This document shows positions 35,027-43,662 of a DNA stretch of 52,740 nucleotides, piece after piece; positions within the stretch are counted from its first letter, which is position 1; every line of letters starts with the position of its first letter. The DNA lies in IMG/VR virus record IMGVR_UViG_3300031673_000065, positions 1-52,740 of that record. One strand, written 5' to 3'. This DNA comes from a virus (Duplodnaviria > Caudoviricetes). The notes beneath the pieces were generated by a model, which worked only from the letters and a program-made list of their open reading frames with translations, was not told the origin of the DNA and ran no database searches. The translations under genes and the position numbers were made by a program.

Positions 35027-35489
35027 TCAACAAGTGGAAGCATTCACGCGGAAGGTTGAAGCGCGGTTTCGGGCAGTTGTCAGGGAATCAGTCCAGGAGA
35101 CGGTATCTAAAGCGCAACGTGTGGCAATCAAATCCGATGCCAGCCCGGAAGCGATATTGCAAAGTGCATTGGAGGGCGGGAATGGAAGGATGCGCGTTGA
35201 CACCGGGTTCTTACGAGCTAGCATCCTGGCAGCGGTAGGGAATATCCCCAGCGGTCAATCGGACAACCCAGGGAAAGAGAAATTTGCGATAGGCAAGTAT
35301 GTGGGGGAACCTGTTGGGGTTACGCTTTTGAAGTGGGACCCATACAGGGGTGAAACTTTATACATTGGCTGGACCGCCCATTACGCAAAATACCGGGAAG
35401 CGTACGACGGCTTTATGCGCGGCGCGATTGAACAGTGGGATGTAACAGTGGCGAAAGCACTTAAGAAAGCGGAGAAGACTATTGGCTAA
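35013..35489 (+). CDS. Tail completion protein (HK97 gp10-like)
   Basis: VDTGFLRAS, IGWTAHYAKYRE, GFMR. Confidence 0.75.
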   Translation: MNKFSQQVEAFTRKVEARFRAVVRESVQETVSKAQRVAIKSDASPEAILQSALEGGNGRMRVDTGFLRASILAAVGNIPSGQSDNPGKEKFAIGKYVGEPVGVTLLKWDPYRGETLYIGWTAHYAKYREAYDGFMRGAIEQWDVTVAKALKKAEKTIG

Positions 35490-36060
35490 CTGGTGGGCTA
35501 TTATTGCGTGTGGACCGTCACTCATTCGTGATGACGTTGAAGCATTGCGCGGCCAGGTCGATGCGGTCGCAGTCAACTGCGCTGTGTTCTTCGCACCGTG
35601 GGCTGGCTATCTGTTCGCTGCCGACTCGGTTTGGTGGCGGCATTACGCGGTAAAGGCAACTTGGTATAAAGGCAAGCGCGTAAGTCGCACCCACAAAGCG
35701 CCAGGCATTGAAATGTGGCGTGGGCAAGGTTGGGCGCGTACCGGGGGAAATTCCGGTCATATGGCGATCCAGTACGCGGTAGACCAGGGCGCAAAGAACA
35801 TCGCCCTACTCGGCTTCGATCAACAACGCACTGCAGCAAAGGCCCACTTCCATGCCGACCATCCAAAAATGGAAAGTGATGGCAGGCGCACCAACATGGC
35901 AAACGCTGGTGGAATTTTAGCGTGGCCACGGCTCATGACTAGGACGGCACAGGACTTGGAACAGCGCGGAGTCCGGGTTGTGAATTTAAGTAGAGCGACC
36001 GCGCTTAAATGTTTTGAACGCATGACGATTGATCAATTTTTAAATCACATACAGGAGTAA
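35482..36060 (+). CDS. Putative glycosyltransferase (DUF115/Maf/sialyltransferase-like fold)
   Basis: IIACGPSL, VAVN, GGNSG..AIQYA..GAKNIALLGFD, HFH, VVNLS. Confidence 0.6.
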   Translation: MANWWAIIACGPSLIRDDVEALRGQVDAVAVNCAVFFAPWAGYLFAADSVWWRHYAVKATWYKGKRVSRTHKAPGIEMWRGQGWARTGGNSGHMAIQYAVDQGAKNIALLGFDQQRTAAKAHFHADHPKMESDGRRTNMANAGGILAWPRLMTRTAQDLEQRGVRVVNLSRATALKCFERMTIDQFLNHIQE

Positions 36061-36066
36061 TACAAA

Positions 36067-36435
36067 ATGTCTGTTGTTTACATTGCAACTTTGAAGAACA
36101 CCCGTCTTGATGCGGTCACTACAGCATTAGGCGCGACCGCTGAACTTGAGATCGGTGATACCGGTTTCGCTCAAGTGCTCGCCACCATTCCGCTCGCTAA
36201 CCCGGTCGCACCTGGCGCGGCTGCTGGTGTGTTGACGTTCACCATGCCTCAGTCGGATACCAATGCTGATAATACTGGTACGGCAGCGGAAGCCAGGATC
36301 ACCGATGGCGCGGCTTCCAATATCGTCACCGGTTTGACGGTTGGCTTGGCTGCTGCGGATGTGATCCTGGACTCGCTGTCCATCACTGCGGGCCAGACGG
36401 TGACCATCAACTCAGCTACCATCACGCACGGGTAA
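36067..36435 (+). CDS. Small virion structural (fibre/appendage) protein
   Basis: AGGAG RBS; A/T/G-rich beta protein; GTAAEARI, ITAGQTVTI. Confidence 0.65.
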   Translation: MSVVYIATLKNTRLDAVTTALGATAELEIGDTGFAQVLATIPLANPVAPGAAAGVLTFTMPQSDTNADNTGTAAEARITDGAASNIVTGLTVGLAAADVILDSLSITAGQTVTINSATITHG

Positions 36436-36467
36436 GGTAATGCCGATCGGCGGGATTGAATTCCACA

Positions 36468-36497
36468 AAGTGTCCACTCAGCAATGGGTGGACGCTT
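36468..36497 (+). terminator. Stable hairpin with GCAA tetraloop (terminator or mRNA-stabilising element)
   Basis: AAGTGTCCACTCA-GCAA-TGGGTGGACGCTT; no long U-tract. Confidence 0.5.
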
Positions 36498-36523
36498 CCT
36501 TGCGACCTGATAAGGAGTAAATC

Positions 36524-36844
36524 ATGGCAAGAACATTAACCACTCCAGAAGTCAAAACGATAACCGAACAGGCTATCTGGCGATTCAGATTTGAAGTACC
36601 TCAAAAGCGAAATGTCGGTGATACAGGTATGGAGGTGGATACTGATGGAATCTATGTCCATTTTGAGGTGCAATCTTTTGATGCTGATGGCAATGTCATC
36701 AACACTTCTTTTGCGGTGGGTAACTTTGCAGATTGGCCTGCGAACTTCAAGACTGATGTTCAATCGGTCTATTCGATACTGACCAATTATGCAACGTCAC
36801 TTGGACTGATAGCGGGTCCGGGCACTGATGATCCAATAGGATAA
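36524..36844 (+). CDS. Hypothetical protein
   Basis: TAAGGAG RBS; 106 aa. Confidence 0.7.
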   Translation: MARTLTTPEVKTITEQAIWRFRFEVPQKRNVGDTGMEVDTDGIYVHFEVQSFDADGNVINTSFAVGNFADWPANFKTDVQSVYSILTNYATSLGLIAGPGTDDPIG

Positions 36845-36848
36845 TCTG

Positions 36849-37121
36849 ATGACCATGTGTTCTGGTAATTCAGTGTCGATTTGCTGCGTGTTTAACGGGC
36901 AGCAATGCAAGTATCTGGAAACCAATACCATGCCGGATCGTGTCTGGGTGTGCGGCTTAATGCGCCAGTACGGGCAGGACTGGGATACGGTTATCGCAAG
37001 CCCTGAATACCAGGCAGACGTGATTCCGTTGTATGAAAAATTTGTTTGGCCCTTCAATGAAGTGAAGCATGATTGCAAGACTTGGCCCTCATACACCTGT
37101 GATTGTAAAGGCGGGAAGTAA
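36849..37121 (+). CDS. Small Cys-rich protein
   Basis: Eight Cys in 90 aa, including CC and CxC; coupled to the next gene. Confidence 0.65.
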   Translation: MTMCSGNSVSICCVFNGQQCKYLETNTMPDRVWVCGLMRQYGQDWDTVIASPEYQADVIPLYEKFVWPFNEVKHDCKTWPSYTCDCKGGK

Positions 37122-39922
37122 TGACTGTCGCATACCTAGTCCCCAGTGCAAACGCTTCCCCAGCTACCATACTCAGCACTAATACCTATACGCTGATAGA
37201 TGATGGTGGAACGAATGGGTTAGTAGCAGATGCTGATGGCTCTGTTAATACCACAGGTATTAATGAACAGACGGGCACAGCAACTTGGGCACTTACCGAT
37301 TTAACAGAAACACCGACTTCTGTTAGTTCAGCCACGTTTCGGGTACGGGCGCGGTTGGTTTGTCCTGCCAATAATGATGATACAGGAACGTGGCAATTTC
37401 GCCTGTCCGTTGGGGGCAGTACCTACGACATAAACTGGGTTGCAACCACGGACAACAATGCGGGATTCGCAAATCGCACGATTGCAGTAGGCACTGGTTT
37501 TACCAAAGCAGAATACGATGCGGCTACAGTAACGCTCGACCAGACTGCTTACAGCAGGACCAAAGGTGGTGATGGTTTCTACATCGACATTGATGCCTTT
37601 GAACTGGAAATTGATTACTCGGTACTCACTCCAGCATTTTACGATCAGGCAGATTTCCACTGGCGTGATGACGATGGAACGGAGAGCGCAGCAACTTTTA
37701 TAACTGGCGATATTCCAGACGTGTGGACGCAAGCTGCTACCCCCAGCTTTGGTACAGATCATATTCAAGGTGTCACTTACGGCAATGGACTGTATGTAGC
37801 AGTATCCTTCGCTGGAAAAATAGCTTATAGCACTGATGGCGACGCTTGGACACAAGCTGCCACCCCAAGTTTTAGCACGACTGCTATTAACGGTGTCACT
37901 TACGGCAACGGGTTATATGTAGCAGTAGCTTTTTCAGGAAAAATCGCTTATAGCACAGATGGAGATACATGGACACAAGCTACAACGCCTAGCTTTAGTA
38001 CGACTACTATTTACGGTGTTACTTACGGTAACGGATTATATGTAGCCGTAGGTGCTTCAGGAAAGATTGCTTATAGCTCAGACGGGGATAGTTGGACTCA
38101 ATCCACCACCCCAAGTTTTGGTACGGATACTATTCGCGGTGTCACTTATGGTAATGGATTATTTGTAGCAGTAGGTCTTTCAGGAAAAATCGCTTATAGC
38201 TCAGATGGAGATACATGGACACAAGCTGCTACCCCCAGCTTTGGTGGGACTACTGTTTTAGGTGTCACTTATGGCAATGGATTATATGTAGCAGTAGGTT
38301 TCACAGGCAAGATTGCTTACAGCACAGACGGAGATGCATGGACACAAGCTACAACGCCTAGCTTTAGTACGACTTCTATTTATGGTGTTACTTACAGTAA
38401 TGGCTTATATGTAGCAGTAGGTGCTTCAGGAAAGATTGCTTATAGCTCAGACGGGGATAGTTGGACACAAGCCACTACCCCAAGTTTTGGTACGACTATT
38501 GTTCGCGGTGTTACTTACGCTAATGGATTATACGTAGCTGTAGGTGACACAGGAAAAATAGCCAGTGCAGATGCGGCTCTAACATTAAATATCGGTGCGG
38601 GGAACGTTCAAAAGCGACTACGTTTTCTGGTACAAAATTTAGGGGATGAGGGAAGCAGCATTGCGCCTCAACTTGAAGTGGGGATTGATCAAGACCCTGC
38701 TACATGGACTCAAGCTGCTACCCCCAGTTTTTCTGGGGTTACTATTTACGGTGTTACTTACGGCAACGGATTATACGTAGCGGTAAGTACTGCAGGAAAA
38801 ATAGGTTACAGCACCGACGGAGATACGTGGACACAAGCAGCTACACCAAGTTTTAGTACGTCTGGTGTTTACGGTGTTACTTACGGTAACGGACTATTCG
38901 TAGCTGCAGGTGCTTCAGGAAAAATAGCTTATAGCTCTAATGGGGATACATGGACACAAGCCGCTACCCCTAGTTTTGGTACGACTGCTATTTACGGTGT
39001 CACTTACGGTAATGGACTATTCGTGGCAGTAGATGCTTCAGGAAAAATAGCTTATAGCACCGACGGAGATACGTGGACCCAAGCCACTACTCCCAGTTTT
39101 GCTACAACTGCTATTTACGGTGTCACATACGGTAATGGCTTATACGTAGCAGTAGGTCTTTCAGGAAAAATAGCTTATAGCACTGATGGCGACGCTTGGA
39201 CTCAAGCTGCCACCCCTAGTTTTAGTACGACTGCTATTCGAGGTGTTACTTACGGTAATGGTTTATATGTAGCGGTAGGTGGCTCAGGAACAATAGGCTA
39301 TAGCACCGACGGAGATGCTTGGACGCAAGCCACTACACCTAGTTTTGGTACGGATACTATTCGCGGTGTTACTTACAGTAATGGGCTATATGTAGCTGTA
39401 AGTCTTTCAGGAAAGATAGCTTACAGCACTGATGGTGATGTGTGGACACAGGCTACTACTCCTAGTTTTGGTTCGGATGATGTTTACGGTGTTACTTACG
39501 GTAACGGATTATATGTAGCTGTAGGTCAATCAGGAAAAATAGGTTCATCACCCAACCCTGTATGGACTAACATCACAACCAGTTCGTCTCTTGCCAAAGC
39601 ATTCAATAGCACGAATCTAACAGACGGTGCAGATACTACTCAGCAGATAGGCGGGGGGACGTTTGTAACAAACAACAACGGCGTTTGTGAGGATGGGTTG
39701 GCAGGCTCGACCACCTTTACGGGTACAGATGAAGCAGAATATGAATTTACAATAGAGTTGGTTGCTGCGGATTTAACCGCTAGTGACAGACTACAGTTCC
39801 GGCTAGTGATACTGGACAGTTACACCGAAGTTGGGCCGTTTGTGAATATCATAAGTATTGCAACCGGCAAAGCATTTATTTATAACCCGGCGCAACGATA
39901 CGCGCCCTTCCTAGTGAGGTAA
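37121..39922 (+). CDS. Putative receptor-binding/appendage protein with two 7-bladed beta-propellers
   Basis: 14 copies of a 41-aa repeat containing Asp-box-like YSxDGxxW, in two blocks of 7. Confidence 0.8.
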   Translation: MTVAYLVPSANASPATILSTNTYTLIDDGGTNGLVADADGSVNTTGINEQTGTATWALTDLTETPTSVSSATFRVRARLVCPANNDDTGTWQFRLSVGGSTYDINWVATTDNNAGFANRTIAVGTGFTKAEYDAATVTLDQTAYSRTKGGDGFYIDIDAFELEIDYSVLTPAFYDQADFHWRDDDGTESAATFITGDIPDVWTQAATPSFGTDHIQGVTYGNGLYVAVSFAGKIAYSTDGDAWTQAATPSFSTTAINGVTYGNGLYVAVAFSGKIAYSTDGDTWTQATTPSFSTTTIYGVTYGNGLYVAVGASGKIAYSSDGDSWTQSTTPSFGTDTIRGVTYGNGLFVAVGLSGKIAYSSDGDTWTQAATPSFGGTTVLGVTYGNGLYVAVGFTGKIAYSTDGDAWTQATTPSFSTTSIYGVTYSNGLYVAVGASGKIAYSSDGDSWTQATTPSFGTTIVRGVTYANGLYVAVGDTGKIASADAALTLNIGAGNVQKRLRFLVQNLGDEGSSIAPQLEVGIDQDPATWTQAATPSFSGVTIYGVTYGNGLYVAVSTAGKIGYSTDGDTWTQAATPSFSTSGVYGVTYGNGLFVAAGASGKIAYSSNGDTWTQAATPSFGTTAIYGVTYGNGLFVAVDASGKIAYSTDGDTWTQATTPSFATTAIYGVTYGNGLYVAVGLSGKIAYSTDGDAWTQAATPSFSTTAIRGVTYGNGLYVAVGGSGTIGYSTDGDAWTQATTPSFGTDTIRGVTYSNGLYVAVSLSGKIAYSTDGDVWTQATTPSFGSDDVYGVTYGNGLYVAVGQSGKIGSSPNPVWTNITTSSSLAKAFNSTNLTDGADTTQQIGGGTFVTNNNGVCEDGLAGSTTFTGTDEAEYEFTIELVAADLTASDRLQFRLVILDSYTEVGPFVNIISIATGKAFIYNPAQRYAPFLVR
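37718..39560 (+). repeat. Two arrays of 7 x 123-bp coding repeats (~37718-38578 and ~38699-39560)
   Basis: Unit WTQAATPSFxxxxxxGVTYGNGLYVAVxxxGKIAYSTDGD. Confidence 0.92.
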
Positions 39923-39926
39923 CAAC

Positions 39927-40394
39927 ATGGGCAGAATATACACGGCATCATTCAACGGGCAGGCCGAAACTGTCCAAGTGGATTTGATCGAATTGGTTGC
40001 GCCGTCAACGGCAACTGTCATCGTGCATGAAATCGGCATCAGCCAGTTGCTTGAAATCAAAGACGCGGAAGAAGAAATGCTTTTGTTATTGTTAAAACAA
40101 GGGCAAACCACTACCGGTTCAGGCGGCAATACCATGACGGCTATTCCGCGAATGTTCGGTGATACCGCGTTCGGTGGCACATTGAAGGACACCAACACGA
40201 CGAAAGCCACAGCGGGGACTATTGTCCAACATTATGCGTGGTATTGGAATGTTCGCATTCCGTTCCAGATGATCTGGACACCCGAAACGCGCCCGGTGGT
40301 AGCGCCGTCACGACGCATGACGCTGGAATTGGCAACGACACCGACCGATTCTGTCACGTTCGGCGGTTACATCGTGTTTGAGTCTGAAAGCTAA
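39927..40394 (+). CDS. Hypothetical structural protein
   Basis: 155 aa beta-rich; GAGG RBS; within fibre island. Confidence 0.65.
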   Translation: MGRIYTASFNGQAETVQVDLIELVAPSTATVIVHEIGISQLLEIKDAEEEMLLLLLKQGQTTTGSGGNTMTAIPRMFGDTAFGGTLKDTNTTKATAGTIVQHYAWYWNVRIPFQMIWTPETRPVVAPSRRMTLELATTPTDSVTFGGYIVFESES

Positions 40395-40400
40395 AAGCCG

Positions 40401-42860
40401 ATGTCTGTATTTCGCCCATATTGGAGGCAACCGCCGAAACCCAGCCCGCTTGCCGCGCTGACCCTAGCTGATGGGGCAATTCACGGTACCCTGGCGGTAA
40501 CAGAAGCAGCGGATACCCTGGCGGCAACGGGCGACGTTTTCATTCAGGGCGACTTGGCAGTATCCGAGGCCACGGACAGCGCAGCCTTTGCCGGTCAGGT
40601 TATTGTCCAGGGCGATTTAAGTACTACGGAAAACAATGACACGGCAGCGTTCACCGGTGACGTCATCGTTGCGGGCGATCTGGCGGTAACGGAAACCCAG
40701 GACACGGCAAGTCTCGACGGGCTGGTTATAACTACCGGTGATCTAGCTGTTACGGAAAGCGCGGATGCGCTGGTCGCTGCGGGTGTGGTGCTGGTTCAGG
40801 GTGATCTGGCTGTTTCTGAAAATCCCGATGTGCTGGCCGCGGCTGGCATTGTGCTTGTCCAAGGATCGCTTGACACGACAGAAGCAGTAGACACGGCAGC
40901 TGTTGCTGGTGCGGTCCTGGTTCAAGGTGATTTGGCTTCTACGGAAGTCACGGACACCTTTGCCGCTGATGGCGACTTACCCAACACCGGTGACTTAGCG
41001 GTTACCGAAGGCACAGACACCTTCTCCGCCAACGGTGAAATCCTGGTCAGTGGGGACGTAGATGCCACCGAGCAACCAGACGTCCTTGCAGTTGCTGGTG
41101 CGGTGGCCGTACAGGGTGATATCGCTGCAACTGAAACACCCGACGTCTTGGCAGCAGCCGGGGTTGTTGTTATTGCAGGCGACTTGGCAGTAACTGAAAC
41201 ATCCGACACCCTTGCGGCTGCGGGCGTACTACCGACGAACGGTACACTTGATGCCACCGAACAACCCGACACTGTTGTGGTCGACGGTGATGTGATTGTT
41301 ACGGGCAACCTTGCTGCCACTGAACCAGTAGACACGATCGCCGTACTGGGTGACATTGTAGTTCAAGGTGACATGGTTGCCACCGAGCAGACCGACACGT
41401 TTGCCGCCGATGGCAGTCTTATTGTTTCCGGTAATATTGACGCAACCGAAACCCAGGACGCCGCCGCCTTCACAGGCGCTTCGCAAATCGTGGGAGACCT
41501 TGCCGTCACAGAAGGACAGGACACCGCGGCCATTACTGGTCAGGTGGTGGTTGCTGGTGACCTAGATACCACGGAAGGGCAAGACACGTTGGCCGTGGTT
41601 GGTGACGTTATTATTTCCGGGACGCTTGGCACTACTGAACAACCAGATTCAGTGGATGCCACCGGCGCGATTACTGTGGCTGGCGATTTGGCAGTTACAG
41701 AATCTGCTGATGTGGTGGCTGCAGCTGGTCAAGTGATTGTGGCTGGAGATTTGGCTGCTGCCGAAACACCTGACACGTTCGCTGCCGCCGGGTTGGTTAT
41801 CACCAAGGCGGATCTAGCGGCCACGGAAACCCCTGACGCGGCGGCGCTGGCTGGACAGGCGGTAGTTGCCGGTTCACTGGTCACAAGTGAAACACCCGAC
41901 ACCGCTGCCCTCACAGGCAAGGTAGCCGTCCAAGGTGATCTGGCAGCGACAGAAACAGCGGACATAGTGTTCTTCTCGGGGACGTTTTCGGTAGCCGGTG
42001 ATCTTGCTGTTACAGAGGGCAGCGATATAGCCGCCTTGGCTGGCGTTGTACCGGTCGTTGGCAGCGTTGCGGTAACGGAAAGCCCAGACGTCCCGGTGGT
42101 GTCTGGCGTGGTACTGGTGACCGGTACCCTGGCAACCACGGAACAACAGGATACCGCGGTCCTTGCGGGCAAGGTGGTTGTCCAAGGCGATTTGGCAGCG
42201 ACAGAGGACCAGGACGTTGCCGCGCTGAATGGAAGTAGCGGTATCCTCGGTGCTTTAGCCGTCACGGAAAGCCAGGACAGCGCGGCCATTGCCGGGGTTA
42301 TCAAGGTTGCTGGTGATTTAGTTGCTACGGAAGCTGCCGACAGCGCTGTTGTAACAGGTGTGGTTGCGATTGCTGGAGACGCCATTTTAACAGAGCAACC
42401 AGATATCGCGGCGTTCAATGGTGGCTTCGCGGTTATCGGCAATCTGGCGGTCACAGAGATCGTGGATGTTGCGGCGCTGATTGGCAACGTTTACGTGCTG
42501 GGTGATTTGGTTGCGACAGAGGCTCAGGATACGGCGTCTATTGCTGGCCAGCTCACTGACATAACGACAGGTGACTTGGCTGCGACAGAGGCTCAAGACA
42601 CAGCCAACGCGACGGGTGTTGTGCTTGTCGTTGGTGACGTTGCCACCAGTGAACTGCCCGACCAAATGGCTTTCGTTGGGGCTGGGCTGATTTTTGGTGA
42701 CTTGGCAGCATCGGAAAACACGGATGTACTGTCCTTCTTGCAGACGGTATATGGCCAGCCGGTGATCAATATAGTGGTCGAATCGGACGTCGTCAACGTG
42801 GAAGTTCCTTCCGACAGTATCAATATCATAGTGCGCAATGCGCGGGGAAATTCATGGTAA
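40401..42860 (+). CDS. Long acidic repeat fibre protein
   Basis: About 35 tandem ~21-aa repeats GDLAxTExxDxxAxxGxVxVx; almost no basic residues in the repeat region. Confidence 0.75.
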   Translation: MSVFRPYWRQPPKPSPLAALTLADGAIHGTLAVTEAADTLAATGDVFIQGDLAVSEATDSAAFAGQVIVQGDLSTTENNDTAAFTGDVIVAGDLAVTETQDTASLDGLVITTGDLAVTESADALVAAGVVLVQGDLAVSENPDVLAAAGIVLVQGSLDTTEAVDTAAVAGAVLVQGDLASTEVTDTFAADGDLPNTGDLAVTEGTDTFSANGEILVSGDVDATEQPDVLAVAGAVAVQGDIAATETPDVLAAAGVVVIAGDLAVTETSDTLAAAGVLPTNGTLDATEQPDTVVVDGDVIVTGNLAATEPVDTIAVLGDIVVQGDMVATEQTDTFAADGSLIVSGNIDATETQDAAAFTGASQIVGDLAVTEGQDTAAITGQVVVAGDLDTTEGQDTLAVVGDVIISGTLGTTEQPDSVDATGAITVAGDLAVTESADVVAAAGQVIVAGDLAAAETPDTFAAAGLVITKADLAATETPDAAALAGQAVVAGSLVTSETPDTAALTGKVAVQGDLAATETADIVFFSGTFSVAGDLAVTEGSDIAALAGVVPVVGSVAVTESPDVPVVSGVVLVTGTLATTEQQDTAVLAGKVVVQGDLAATEDQDVAALNGSSGILGALAVTESQDSAAIAGVIKVAGDLVATEAADSAVVTGVVAIAGDAILTEQPDIAAFNGGFAVIGNLAVTEIVDVAALIGNVYVLGDLVATEAQDTASIAGQLTDITTGDLAATEAQDTANATGVVLVVGDVATSELPDQMAFVGAGLIFGDLAASENTDVLSFLQTVYGQPVINIVVESDVVNVEVPSDSINIIVRNARGNSW

Positions 42861-43156
42861 CTCATACAACAGTCACATGGAAGCAGGGGTTGACGCTGCC
42901 ACACGACCCGGACGATATCAACGACATCACGCTTGATATGACCGCGGTGGTCGGAACGACCGACAGCTTATCCGCTGCCAACGTCAGCGCGGTTGGTGTG
43001 ACCGGGGCGCTGCTGACTTCAACGCCACAGGGTCTCGTCACCTTCCGGGTCAGTGGTGGCGCTACAGGTGCGGACAGCGCGGTCACCGTACAGATAACCA
43101 TGACAGCGGGCCGCAAGCAAAGCCGAACTGTCAACTTCAACGTATTGGAGCGATGA
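42854..43156 (+). CDS. Putative fibre-tail adaptor (small Ig-like protein)
   Basis: HDPDD..DITLD, VTFRVSGG..G, GRKQSRTV pattern. Confidence 0.55.
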   Translation: MVTHTTVTWKQGLTLPHDPDDINDITLDMTAVVGTTDSLSAANVSAVGVTGALLTSTPQGLVTFRVSGGATGADSAVTVQITMTAGRKQSRTVNFNVLER

Positions 43157-43157
43157 A

Positions 43158-43661
43158 ATGCCGTTAACACTTACCGCCGTCAATGTCGGCTCAGCGCCAG
43201 GTGATAACACCGGCGATCCTGGTCGGACAGCGTTTCAAACGGTCAACACGAACTTTGCCATAGTCGCAGGTGCGATTGAAGATGCTGAATTGAAAGCGTT
43301 CGTCGTCGGTTGCACCGGCAAAGGTGTGGACCTCGTCGTTGAGGATGTTGTTGAGTATTTCCCAATGCCGTACTCATTCGTACTATTGGACGCACGGGCC
43401 GAAGTGTTCGTTGCCCCGACCGGTGCCGACATCGTGCTGGATATTCAGGAAGGTGGATATTCCGTTTTACAAAGTGGTGGCTTGATCATCCCAGACGGCA
43501 CGTTGACCAGTGAATCAACCGCGGGGAATCCGGTCACGCCTTATACGATTTTGAACACAGGTTCAGTGATCACCATTGACGTGAATGGCGTCGGTTCAAC
43601 TGCCGCCGGTCAATGGTTGAAAGTCACCTTTATCGGTTATGTAATTTGGACGAGTTGGTAA
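43158..43661 (+). CDS. Fibre-associated structural protein
   Basis: N-terminal VGSAPGDNTGDPGRTAFQTVNTNF resembles the GxxDGTGDxxRxAFxKxNxNF attachment motif. Confidence 0.6.
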   Translation: MPLTLTAVNVGSAPGDNTGDPGRTAFQTVNTNFAIVAGAIEDAELKAFVVGCTGKGVDLVVEDVVEYFPMPYSFVLLDARAEVFVAPTGADIVLDIQEGGYSVLQSGGLIIPDGTLTSESTAGNPVTPYTILNTGSVITIDVNGVGSTAAGQWLKVTFIGYVIWTSW

Positions 43662-43662
43662 C

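Noticed and set aside
37718-39560. 123-bp periodic repeats as a CRISPR array or DGR template/variable pair
   Set aside because: Units are in-frame coding repeats with synonymous variation and no unique spacers; no cas or reverse transcriptase gene is visible.
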